Made by a program: the position numbers and the translations under genes. The notes below the pieces were generated by a model. That model did no database searches and was not told the origin of the DNA. It worked only from the letters and a program-made list of their open reading frames with translations. 64,000 bases of DNA from contig PCYM01000001.1 of the NCBI GenBank assembly GCA_002774875.1, forward strand, positions 118,153-182,152. The letters are read 5' to 3'. Numbering within the stretch: position 1 is the first letter of the stretch; every line of letters begins with the position of its first letter. This document shows positions 22,374 through 31,351 of the stretch, piece by piece. This DNA comes from Candidatus Uhrbacteria bacterium CG10_big_fil_rev_8_21_14_0_10_50_16 (lineage in GTDB: Bacteria > Patescibacteriota > Patescibacteriia > UBA9934 > UBA11717).

Positions 22374-22822
22374 GTGGATGACATCGCGACGCGCAACCTG
22401 GCTCAGGATGTGCACGACAAGACGGTGATGGGTGAACGGATCATGGGGTGGATCCAGGCGTGCATCCAACTGCACAGTTGTCGCCAGATCGTGATCACGC
22501 TAAACGCTGGCGACCTGAGGAGTGAGTTCCGGGCCGCGGTGCTTTTGTGAATCGTGAAACAGTTTCCTCAGCAGCTAGGCATCACTTTTGTGAGTGTGAA
22601 CGTCGGAGAATACTCGGCGTTCGAGACACGGGACGAAGAAACGCAACAGCATAAAATGGATCTTTTGCGTGCAGCCGAGCAGGTCTCACAAACATATCCT
22701 GACATGGAGGTCAATTGATTCTTGTGCACATTGAAGATGATCAAACAATCTCCTTTGAAGACGTGGGGCGAGAGTCAATAAACACCCAGTTCTCCTCCAT
22801 TCAAGATTCGATCGAAGTGTAA
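22374..22822 (+). pseudogene. decayed gene remnant of unknown family: continuous reading frame with one in-frame TGA (22548-22550) and one +1 frameshift (~22712-22716)
   Basis: Three protein-like segments in register (..IVITLNAGDLRSEFRAAVLL* IVKQFPQQLGITFVSVNVGEYSAFETRDEE..YPDMEVN then LILVHIEDDQTISFEDVGRESIN..); no ATG start; lies in the G+C-rich island. Confidence 0.4.
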
Positions 22823-22867
22823 TTACAAAGCAGGCCGAGAGGTCTGTTTTTTATAAACTCGCCGTGA

Positions 22868-22896
22868 TTGACAAGCGTGAAAGAAAAAGGTATAGA
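22868..22896 (+). promoter_or_regulatory. sigma70-like promoter TTGACA, 17 nt spacer, TATAGA, upstream of the small-ORF pair
   Basis: TTGACA 22868-22873, TATAGA 22891-22896. Confidence 0.4.
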
Positions 22897-22943
22897 AGTG
22901 GCACCCAAGCGCAACAAATGCGTATTGGAACGGTGGAGTTGCG

Positions 22944-23189
22944 ATGACACTGGGAGACTTGTTGAGGGATTTGCAGGAGATCGTGCGCCGCGTGCTCAAG
23001 AACGCAAACGCGGTGGGATCAAGGTTCACCCGGTACGCAGAACTCAAGGAGGAGCTCCTGGCAGCTCTTCGTGCGGAGCTGCGGATCGGGTCTATCCAAG
23101 AGGCACATGCGTTGCCTGTCACGACCACGCTGAGCGATCAGGTGGCCAACTTGTTTCGTTCGCTGAGTCGTTACGCTGCGGCGCTCTAG
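22944..23189 (+). CDS. small orphan ORF A (81 aa, predicted all-helical), G+C-rich
   Basis: ATG preceded by GGTGGAG; MTLGDLLRDLQEIVRRVLKNANAVGSRF..; no family recognised. Confidence 0.4.
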   Translation: MTLGDLLRDLQEIVRRVLKNANAVGSRFTRYAELKEELLAALRAELRIGSIQEAHALPVTTTLSDQVANLFRSLSRYAAAL

Positions 23190-23230
23190 AAGCAGCTCGT
23201 CCCACCCCCACCAACCGCGAAGGAGCGGAC

Positions 23231-23545
23231 ATGACAAAAATGGTAAGAGAGGCGCTGCGGCGCGCAGAACGGATTCAGGGGATCGCCACCGACTCAAGGG
23301 CAGAGATCCCGATGGGGTGGGAAGACGCGCTCGCTGGGCTGGTGGATGACCTCATGGTTGCCATCTTCCGTCAGTGTGGCGTTCGTGATGCCGACGCGTT
23401 GACGGACGACCAGCTGGGAGAACCTCTTGACGAGGACTCGAGCCTCGCGTTCGACGCGCTCGTTACCCATGGGCAGAAGGTGACGCCGAGCAGGCTCTCA
23501 CTTCTCTCGGCTCCGATCCGACCTCCCCGAGGCTGGAGGCCATGA
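23231..23545 (+). CDS. small orphan ORF B (104 aa, acidic), G+C-rich
   Basis: ATG at 23231 preceded by AAGGAG; MTKMVREALRRAERIQGIATDSRAEIPMGWEDALAGLVDDL..; the upstream part of the long 22868 ORF runs through the promoter and is not credited. Confidence 0.4.
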   Translation: MTKMVREALRRAERIQGIATDSRAEIPMGWEDALAGLVDDLMVAIFRQCGVRDADALTDDQLGEPLDEDSSLAFDALVTHGQKVTPSRLSLLSAPIRPPRGWRP

Positions 23546-23647
23546 TCAACATTGAGGCGTGCTCGCCCGACAGGTTCTCTGTCGGCTGCGAGTGCGCTCA
23601 TCTTTTTAATTGACGAGGCCCAAAATCCTCTATACACTGCCATTACT

Positions 23648-25261
23648 ATGCGTATTGGAAAAGACATTTTAAAGGAGGAGGGACAATTCTGGGGGAAAGC
23701 GATTGCGGAGGAGATTGTGCGGCAGCGTCCAGATAAGGATGTGTATGTTGTGTCCTCGGGAATTAGCCCCTCAGGGCCTATTCATTTTGGAAACTTTCGG
23801 GAAATTGTGACGCAGTTTGTGGTCAAACGAGAACTGGAGAAACTGGGTAAGCGGGTGCGATTTGTGTTTGTGTGGGATGACTTTGATGCCATGCGCAAAG
23901 TGCCGGCGGGAGTTGGAGAGGAATTTGTAGAACATATCCGTAAACCGTTGTCGCGTATCCCGTCGCCCGCAGGTGAGGGAACATGGGCGCAGATCCATGA
24001 ACAGGCATTTGAAAGAACATTACAGGAGTTTGGCATTGAGACGGAATTTTTGTATCAAACAAAAACGTACGAGCAGGGAACCTACGATACATATATCAAA
24101 ACGGCTTTGCAGAAGCGTGAGGTGATTGCGCGTATCTTGTTGCGTCACATGTCGGATAAGGCAAAAGCCACCAAGGAGATTAATGAGGATGCGTTTGTGG
24201 CGTCCTATTATCCGGTTTCCATTTTCTCTACGTGGACCGACAAAGACACGACGGAGATCCTTGATTATGATGGAGAAAATCAACTCACGTATCGCTGTTT
24301 AGAAACGGGGAACGAGGAGACGATCGATCTTACAAAACAACATCAACTCAAATTTGCTTGGAAGACCGATTGGGCCATGCGATGGGCAGTGATGGGTGTG
24401 GATTTTGAATCAGCTGGTAAAGATCATAATTCGCCAGACGGATCCTTTGACGTGAGCTCGGACATTGTGCGTGAGGTGTTTGACGCAGAGGGCCCTATTG
24501 GACTTGCGTATGAGTTTATTGGCATTCAGGGATTGGGCGCAAAAATGAGTGGATCTAAGGGGAATTCGGTGACGCCTGGTCAACTCCTTGATATTTACGA
24601 GGTTCCGTTGTTGCTGTGGTTGTATTCACGTAAGCTGCCATCACAGCGATTTGATTTAGCCTTCAACTCAGAGATTTTGCGTCAGTACAGCGAGTTCGAC
24701 AGGGAAGTAGAGTTGTTGCGAACGGGCAAACTCTCCGATGTGCGGGTGGAGGCACTGCAGATTGCCGGTGCCGATAGCGCACCTTTAAATCCTATGCCAT
24801 TGCGACAAGCAATCGCGTTGGGACAGATTGTGCAATGGGATACAGAGAAAGTTGTACATATGCTTACGGCGCTGCAGATGGTTTTTGACCGTGCGAGTAT
24901 TGAGTCGCGACTTCTTAAGGCGTGTGCGTATTTGGAGACGTACAATAGGGAGGAGATGGTTGCGCTACGTGAGGGCATGAACGAGGAATACACATTGACC
25001 TTGTCAGATGATCGAAAGGCCGTCGTTGGCCGGTTGCGAACGTTTTTGGAGAGCGGGGAAAATCGAATCTCAGCGATTGAGAAAGAAATGTATGAGATTC
25101 CAAAGCAGGAGGGAATGGATGAGAAAGCCGTAAAACTTGCCCAGCGTGCATTTTTTACGGACGTCTACAACCTGCTTATTGGAAAAGATACCGGTCCGAG
25201 ACTTTCCACGTTCCTGTGGGCGGTTGATCGGCAAAAAGTGTTAGAACTGCTAAACGTGTAG
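23648..25261 (+). CDS. lysK: class I lysyl-tRNA synthetase (LysK type)
   Basis: PSGPIHFGNFRE (HIGH-class motif) and KMSGSKGN (KMSKS-class); architecture of archaeal-type class I LysRS; start at the ATG at 23648. Confidence 0.75.
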   Translation: MRIGKDILKEEGQFWGKAIAEEIVRQRPDKDVYVVSSGISPSGPIHFGNFREIVTQFVVKRELEKLGKRVRFVFVWDDFDAMRKVPAGVGEEFVEHIRKPLSRIPSPAGEGTWAQIHEQAFERTLQEFGIETEFLYQTKTYEQGTYDTYIKTALQKREVIARILLRHMSDKAKATKEINEDAFVASYYPVSIFSTWTDKDTTEILDYDGENQLTYRCLETGNEETIDLTKQHQLKFAWKTDWAMRWAVMGVDFESAGKDHNSPDGSFDVSSDIVREVFDAEGPIGLAYEFIGIQGLGAKMSGSKGNSVTPGQLLDIYEVPLLLWLYSRKLPSQRFDLAFNSEILRQYSEFDREVELLRTGKLSDVRVEALQIAGADSAPLNPMPLRQAIALGQIVQWDTEKVVHMLTALQMVFDRASIESRLLKACAYLETYNREEMVALREGMNEEYTLTLSDDRKAVVGRLRTFLESGENRISAIEKEMYEIPKQEGMDEKAVKLAQRAFFTDVYNLLIGKDTGPRLSTFLWAVDRQKVLELLNV

Positions 25262-25449
25262 TTACCATACAAACCATAGATCGAACGTTTTGAGATTGGA
25301 GAAATGACTTACCTGCTAAGGGATCACAGTCTATGGATTAGCATGATGACCTCGCGCGTTAAGTGTATTTGATGGGAATAAAACAATGCGATAGCTTGCC
25401 CATGATCACGCACGATCATGAGGAAAGAGATTTGTGCTAAAATGGTTCT

Positions 25450-26064
25450 ATGACACGCGCGGAAAAACAAACGGCCATGGAAGTTATCCACAGGGAGATT
25501 GAATGCCTCACGGCTTCTTTTTTGTGCGAGGAGCGAATTCGCACGCAGATGCTCCCCGTAATAGGGGAGGGGTCGCTTGACGCGAGGGTGATGTTTATCG
25601 GCGAGGCACCAGGGAAAAAAGAGGCGCTTACAGGCAAGCCGTTTTGCGGTGCATCGGGAAAGGTTTTAGATCAGTTGCTCACAGATACGGGTTTATCACG
25701 TGAGTCCGTGTATATTACAAATGTTGTAAAGGATCGACCGCCAAAAAATCGCGACCCTAAGCCCGAGGAGATTGAGCTCTATGGTCCGTTCCTTGATCGT
25801 CAAATTGCGCTCATACAACCAACGGTTATTGCAACACTTGGCCGGTTTTCTATGGAATATGTGATGCGTCGTTATGGTCTTGAGGAGCGGTTGGAGACAA
25901 TCTCTGGGCTTCACGGAAAGCAACATACTCTGAAAATGGAGTTTGGTACCGTCCACATGCGCCCGCTCTACCACCCAGCTGTAGCCGTGTATAATCGAAC
26001 CAGGTACAGTGAACTCTTGGCAGACATGCAGTCACTTGCCGATTTTGAACAACCAGCAACCTGA
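25450..26064 (+). CDS. uracil-DNA glycosylase, family 4-like
   Basis: GEAPGKKE motif; Cys residues in N-terminal region; ~200 aa. Confidence 0.7.
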   Translation: MTRAEKQTAMEVIHREIECLTASFLCEERIRTQMLPVIGEGSLDARVMFIGEAPGKKEALTGKPFCGASGKVLDQLLTDTGLSRESVYITNVVKDRPPKNRDPKPEEIELYGPFLDRQIALIQPTVIATLGRFSMEYVMRRYGLEERLETISGLHGKQHTLKMEFGTVHMRPLYHPAVAVYNRTRYSELLADMQSLADFEQPAT

Positions 26065-26068
26065 AGGT

Positions 26069-26656
26069 ATGCCAAACGGATCTGTGGAAGTTATTTGTGG
26101 AGGAATGTTCTCGGGGAAAACCGAGGAATTGTTGAGGCGTATTCGTCGGGAGCAGTACGCTCGACGGAAAATTCAATTATTTAAACACGGACTAGATCAA
26201 CGCTATACGGAGGGCCATGTGGAATCACACTCTTCTTTAAAGCTTCCCTCGGAGGAGGTTGCGACAGCTCAGGATCTGATTCGGCAGGTCAAGGAGGAGA
26301 CTCGTGTTGTTGGGATCGACGAGGTGCAGTTCTTTGACGACGAGATTGTGGCGGTTGCCAATCATCTGGCGGACCGTGGGGTGCGGGTGATTGTGGCGGG
26401 CCTTGACACCGACTATAAGGGCGTGCCGTTTGGTCCCATGCCACATTTAATGGCTATCGCCGAGGATGTTACAAAAATTCGTGCCGTCTGTGTATTGTGT
26501 GGCGGGCCTGCAAGTCGATCGCATCGACTCAGCCGGGAAGGGGACCAAGTGCAGGTAGGCGCGACGGATGTTTACGAGGCGCGGTGCCGATCCTGTGACG
26601 CGCTCCATGTGTGTCCTGTTCAATCAACTACAACTTCTTATGAAACGACTCATTAG
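26069..26656 (+). CDS. tdk: thymidine kinase
   Basis: P-loop GGMFSGKTEEL; C-terminal zinc ribbon (CVLCGG..CRSCD). Confidence 0.85.
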   Translation: MPNGSVEVICGGMFSGKTEELLRRIRREQYARRKIQLFKHGLDQRYTEGHVESHSSLKLPSEEVATAQDLIRQVKEETRVVGIDEVQFFDDEIVAVANHLADRGVRVIVAGLDTDYKGVPFGPMPHLMAIAEDVTKIRAVCVLCGGPASRSHRLSREGDQVQVGATDVYEARCRSCDALHVCPVQSTTTSYETTH

Positions 26657-27164
26657 TATATTCCTGTTCATTTTCTTGTTGGGCGCTGGCTGTGTATCAC
26701 CTCCTCCAACGTCGACCGTTGCGAGATCTTCTTGGTTTTTGACGCGTGCTGACAACCAACCGCTTTATGCCTTCACACCCTATTGGCAGTCGCGTGTGGA
26801 TTTTCCTGCTTACCCAGAACGTTCGCGCGTGGATGGCAATGATCGTGTGTGGCTGCAAACAGTCCCAGAGCCCGTGCGTGTAGACAATTATACCTACAAG
26901 GAAAAATTTACGTACTATCCAGACGAGGATTGGATTGTGTTTGATACAATCATTTTTGATAAGAAGGCCACTATGCCATCCAACGCCGAATTACGACAGA
27001 TCGGCAATAACACTATTGGGGTCATTCCAAATGGCAACGGCGTGTTTACCATGTTTTTTTTACAGACAGAGTCTGGACTATTTCAAATCATCCCCTATTA
27101 TGGGTCGGACGTAACGGAGCAACAAATGGAGGAGGTGATTGGACAACTGGTGGATAACACATGA
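26640..27164 (+). CDS. hypothetical lipoprotein
   Basis: MKRLISIFLFIFLLGAGC signal peptide with lipobox; overlaps the tdk 3' end by 17 nt. Confidence 0.5.
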   Translation: MKRLISIFLFIFLLGAGCVSPPPTSTVARSSWFLTRADNQPLYAFTPYWQSRVDFPAYPERSRVDGNDRVWLQTVPEPVRVDNYTYKEKFTYYPDEDWIVFDTIIFDKKATMPSNAELRQIGNNTIGVIPNGNGVFTMFFLQTESGLFQIIPYYGSDVTEQQMEEVIGQLVDNT

Positions 27165-27643
27165 TGCTGCATTTTTTAGGGAGGCGATATGCTGTCTGTC
27201 CGCGCACAGCGTTTGATGAGCGGTATATTTGGTTAGAAGGGGAGGCGTGTCACATTGTGACGCCGGTTACACAAGAGGAGCACGTGCAGCGTTGTGTGGA
27301 TCGATGGGTGGAACGTGAGGCAAGGGTGTACCTCACGCAACGTGTGCGCGCGTTGTCGCAAGAGACGTCCTGGCATGTTAAACGGGTCTCGTTTAGACGG
27401 CAGTCGACCATTTGGGGAAGTTGCAGCAGTGCCAAGAATCTGAGCCTCAATCTGCATTTAATTCACGTCGATCCATTGTTGATTGACTATGTGTTGATTC
27501 ACGAATTGGCGCACACTGTGGAGATGAATCATTCTCGTGCGTTTTGGAGACTAGTTGGTCAGTATTGTCCAGAATATCCACAGCGGAAGCGAGAATTGGT
27601 GCGTGTTCATCGAGAAATCAAAGAGGAGGCGAACATGGTCTAA
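27161..27643 (+). CDS. YgjP/DUF45-like metal-dependent hydrolase (M48-related)
   Basis: HELAHTVEMNHSRAFW HExxH-type zinc motif near the C-terminus; ~160 aa. Confidence 0.6.
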   Translation: MMLHFLGRRYAVCPRTAFDERYIWLEGEACHIVTPVTQEEHVQRCVDRWVEREARVYLTQRVRALSQETSWHVKRVSFRRQSTIWGSCSSAKNLSLNLHLIHVDPLLIDYVLIHELAHTVEMNHSRAFWRLVGQYCPEYPQRKRELVRVHREIKEEANMV

Positions 27644-27672
27644 ATCGATCGTTCTTGTGTTAAAATAGGCCC

Positions 27673-30546
27673 ATGTCAAACGTCTTAGAGGGATTAAATG
27701 AAGAGCAAATTGCGGCGGTGACCCATGCGTCAGGGCCGTTGATGATTATTGCCGGCGCTGGAACGGGCAAGACGACCGTCATGACCCGCCGGATCGCGTG
27801 GCTCATTGAGCAGGGATTGGCGGAACCGGACCAAATTTTAGCGCTGACGTTTACGGATAAGGCAGCCGCCGAGATGGAGGAACGTGTGGATCTCCTGTTA
27901 CCGTATGGGTATGTCGACTTGTGGATTTCTACATTTCACGCGTTTTGCCAGCGGATTCTACAAGAGCACGGTCTTGATGTTGGGGTTGCGCCAGACGCCG
28001 ATCTCCTCAACGAGACGGATGCCTGGTTGTTGATGCAAAAGCACTGGGACCGATTTCATCTCACGTATTACAAACCGCTTGGCAACCCAACAAAATTTTT
28101 ACAGGCGTTGCTGCAGCATATCTCGCGATTAAAAGACGAAGGTGTGATGCCATCCGATTATCGACGACACGTTGAGTCGCTCGTGGATGTGGAGACAGAA
28201 GAAATGCGTCGACTGTTAGAGCTTGTGCATGCGTATGAGGTGTATGAGTCAATTCTTCACGAGGCACACGCGATGGATTTTGGAGGGCTGATTCTGTATG
28301 CGCTTGCATTGCTTCGTGACCGCCCGCTTGTTCTTGTGCAGTACCAACAACAGTTTCACTACATTATCGTGGATGAGTTTCAGGACACGAACTGGGCGCA
28401 GTATGAGATTGTGCGATTGCTTGCCGCCGCCAGCCAGCAAGTCGCCGTCGTGGGGGATGACGATCAAGCGATTTATCAGTTTCGCGGGGCGTCTGTCGCC
28501 AACATTTTGGCATTCGAAAAAGACTTTCCCAATACCGCTCGCGTGGTACTCACCAAAAACTATCGAACGGTGCAGCCTATTTTGGACAAAGCCTACGATT
28601 TTATTGTACAGAACAATCCGCACCGACTAGAGGTCTCTTTACAGGCGACACATGGCCTTTCAAAACAACTCATAAGCCAGGTAGGAGATGAGGGAACGGT
28701 CAAACACCTACATGCGAGAATAGTGGAAGCGGAGGTACAGATGGTGCTGCGGGAAATGCTTGCGCTCAAACAATCCACGGATTGCGATTGGAGCGACATG
28801 GCTCTTTTGGTGCGAGCGAACAGTCATGCTGAGCCGTTCTTGGAGGGGATGGACACTATTGGGATTCCGTATACGTTTTTAGCTATGCGAGGGCTGTACA
28901 GAAAACCCGTGGTCTTGGACGCCATTGCATTGTTGCGGGCGATTGACGATCCTTTTGATGCACCAAGTTTGTATCGCGTTTTCTCACATCCGGTTATTGG
29001 TATTCCTGAGCAGGACTTATTGGTACTCACGCATACGGCAAAGAAAAAAGGAATGGCAATAATGGACGTGTTGCAACTGTCAGATGTCACTATCTCGTCT
29101 GAAGGTGTTGCGCGATTGAGCGAGTGGCAGGAATTCTTTTCTTTGATTCGTGCCTCAGCAAAACGAAGAAACGCCCTGGAGGTGCTTGCCGAAGCGTTGA
29201 AGAAATCCGGCCTTTACGGATCAATCTTGCAGTTAGATGAGGCGCAGCAACTTGAGCAATCAAGCTACCTACAGCAATTCTACGAACGTGTACGGCGATT
29301 TATTCAAACGTATGCGCACGGAAGCCTTCATTTATTTCTCGAAGCATTCGCTCTTGAGCAGTTAGCAGGCGAGGAAGGGAGTCTTTCTCTGGACCTTCAG
29401 TCCGGACCCGATGAAGTTCGCGTCATGACGGTGCACGGGTCCAAGGGATTAGAGTTTAAGTCTGTATTTTTGTTAAACATGGTGGATCGAAGATTCCCGG
29501 CGCAGCATCGACAAGATTCTTTACCTATTCCCAGTGGATTGATCAAACAAGCGCAAACAGACGGTGATCCGTTTTTAGAGGAAGAACGCCGATTGTTGTA
29601 TGTGGGCATGACGCGCGCTAAGGAGCGACTGTATTTGACGTCGGCAGATGGCTATGGCGGAGCGCGGCAAAAGAAGCTTTCGCGATTTATGATGGAGATG
29701 GGGTATGAGAAGCCGGATCTTGCGCAGACATTCCATGGAGCATCCTTGGAGACTTCTCTGTCTGTAGATCATGTTTTTCTCTCGGGAGCCAATTTACCTG
29801 TTCCTTCAACGTTTTCGTTTACGCAATTGGTGGCATACAATCATTGCCCGCTGCAGTATAAGTTTGCGCATGTGTTGAACATTCCAACCTTTGGTGGACC
29901 GGCACTTAGTTTTGGAAAGACGATGCACAATACGCTTCAAACGTTTTTTGAGACGTTTCTTGCCATGGACGCGTCTGAATCGAGTTGTTTGCCGATGACG
30001 GAAGATCAACTTATAAACGTCTATAGAGAGAAGTGGATTAATGACTGGTATCAAGACGAGCGGCAGCAAGAGGGTTATCGACAGCAAGGAGAGGAGAGCC
30101 TACGGGCGTATTATCAGATCATTCAGGAACATCCACCGAGACCGCTTTTTTTGGAACGCGGATTCACCATCAAAATTGATGACATTGTGATTCGTGGTCG
30201 CGTGGATCGAATCGACGCAATTGAGGGAGGTGTAGAGATTATCGACTACAAAACAGGCACGCCAAAAACAAAAAAGGATTTGTCCGCCACGGACAAGATG
30301 CAGCTCATGCTGTATCAGTTGGCGGCAAAAGAATTGTTTGGGTTGGAGCCAAAGCAACTCACGTTTCATTATCTCCAGGACCATTCTCATGTGTCCTTTT
30401 TGGCAACCGAACAGCAACTGGATACACTTAAGCAACGAATACGAGAAGAGGTGACGCAGATTCGTGCACGGAAGTTTGACCCTACACCGGGCTTCATGTG
30501 TCAGTACTGTGACTTTAAAGATATTTGTCCATTTAAAACTCTATGA
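27673..30546 (+). CDS. UvrD/PcrA-family SF1 helicase fused to a C-terminal PD-(D/E)xK (Cas4/AddB-like) nuclease domain with Cys cluster
   Basis: Walker A GAGTGKTT; DExx (IIVDEFQD); C-terminal RGRVDRID..IDYKTG and CQYCDFKDICP. Confidence 0.8.
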   Translation: MSNVLEGLNEEQIAAVTHASGPLMIIAGAGTGKTTVMTRRIAWLIEQGLAEPDQILALTFTDKAAAEMEERVDLLLPYGYVDLWISTFHAFCQRILQEHGLDVGVAPDADLLNETDAWLLMQKHWDRFHLTYYKPLGNPTKFLQALLQHISRLKDEGVMPSDYRRHVESLVDVETEEMRRLLELVHAYEVYESILHEAHAMDFGGLILYALALLRDRPLVLVQYQQQFHYIIVDEFQDTNWAQYEIVRLLAAASQQVAVVGDDDQAIYQFRGASVANILAFEKDFPNTARVVLTKNYRTVQPILDKAYDFIVQNNPHRLEVSLQATHGLSKQLISQVGDEGTVKHLHARIVEAEVQMVLREMLALKQSTDCDWSDMALLVRANSHAEPFLEGMDTIGIPYTFLAMRGLYRKPVVLDAIALLRAIDDPFDAPSLYRVFSHPVIGIPEQDLLVLTHTAKKKGMAIMDVLQLSDVTISSEGVARLSEWQEFFSLIRASAKRRNALEVLAEALKKSGLYGSILQLDEAQQLEQSSYLQQFYERVRRFIQTYAHGSLHLFLEAFALEQLAGEEGSLSLDLQSGPDEVRVMTVHGSKGLEFKSVFLLNMVDRRFPAQHRQDSLPIPSGLIKQAQTDGDPFLEEERRLLYVGMTRAKERLYLTSADGYGGARQKKLSRFMMEMGYEKPDLAQTFHGASLETSLSVDHVFLSGANLPVPSTFSFTQLVAYNHCPLQYKFAHVLNIPTFGGPALSFGKTMHNTLQTFFETFLAMDASESSCLPMTEDQLINVYREKWINDWYQDERQQEGYRQQGEESLRAYYQIIQEHPPRPLFLERGFTIKIDDIVIRGRVDRIDAIEGGVEIIDYKTGTPKTKKDLSATDKMQLMLYQLAAKELFGLEPKQLTFHYLQDHSHVSFLATEQQLDTLKQRIREEVTQIRARKFDPTPGFMCQYCDFKDICPFKTL

Positions 30547-30887
30547 AAAAACCAGAACGGTTGCTCGGCGATTTGCTTGGTGGTGCCTTGCAACGCGCAG
30601 GGATTATGCAGCAGGTGGGCGCGGCAATTATCGTAGAAGCGGCCGATCAATCTTTGGAGGAACTCTTTGATACGGGAATTTTAGAATACGCCCGTTGCCG
30701 CGCCTATCGAGACAAGGCATTACTAATCGCCTGTCGTCATGCGGCGGTAGCTCAAGAGATCAAGCTGCGAAAAACAGATCTCATTGCCGCTATCACTCGC
30801 CGCGTGCCGCGTGCCGATGTTTTAGACGTAGAAATTGTTCATCGAACGTCGACCAATAGAAAGGCCGCGTGGTATGATTCCGAATAA
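30543..30887 (+). CDS. DUF721 (DciA-like) protein
   Basis: ~114 aa; pattern resembles DUF721; weak assignment from memory. Confidence 0.35.
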   Translation: MKKPERLLGDLLGGALQRAGIMQQVGAAIIVEAADQSLEELFDTGILEYARCRAYRDKALLIACRHAAVAQEIKLRKTDLIAAITRRVPRADVLDVEIVHRTSTNRKAAWYDSE

Positions 30888-30896
30888 ATACGACAC

Positions 30897-31280
30897 ATGC
30901 CTCTTCGCAACATCCTTTTCTTTATTGCTGTTGGATCACTCCTTGCGCTAGGAGGTCTTGTTGGGATCGTGTTTGCAGTGTCACCGTCGGATCTTGCTTG
31001 GTGGGGGATGCTTGTCTTTTATACACTTGTTTTTTTGGTTGTCTTTGGTGTTCTGACTGTTTTGGGAACCGTTGTTCGTGTAAAGATTTTTCATGCCGAA
31101 GTGCCGATTCGCCAGCTCACCCGTTCCTTTAGACAGGGAACCTTTATAGGAATATTGGTGTGTTTGGCGCTTCTTCTCTCTCATTTGCAATTGTTAACAA
31201 CGTGGAGCTTACTTCTTTTGATCCTAGCATTAGCCTTTTTGGAGCTCTTTTTCCTTACATCCCGATCGCGTGCAACATAG
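30897..31280 (+). CDS. hypothetical membrane protein (4 TM)
   Basis: Hydrophobic 127 aa, upstream of mreB. Confidence 0.4.
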   Translation: MPLRNILFFIAVGSLLALGGLVGIVFAVSPSDLAWWGMLVFYTLVFLVVFGVLTVLGTVVRVKIFHAEVPIRQLTRSFRQGTFIGILVCLALLLSHLQLLTTWSLLLLILALAFLELFFLTSRSRAT

Positions 31281-31351
31281 GGGAAGATTGTGTATACTCA
31301 GGGCTGTAAAACAACAGGGGGACGTTGTCGTTATCCCTTTTTTCGTATCTC

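Noticed and set aside
22548-22550. In-frame TGA inside a protein-like frame, considered as possible evidence of an alternative genetic code (TGA sense codon)
   Set aside because: All other genes in the window end with TGA/TAA/TAG at the expected place and give full-length proteins under the standard bacterial code. One interrupted frame in a compositionally odd island fits a pseudogene better.
22823-23667. Antisense ORFs (22823-23128, 23019-23297, 23371-23667 minus strand) in the G+C-rich island
   Set aside because: They overlap the better-supported plus-strand small ORFs, lack ribosome-binding sites, and have Arg/Pro-rich junk composition typical of high-GC antisense frames.
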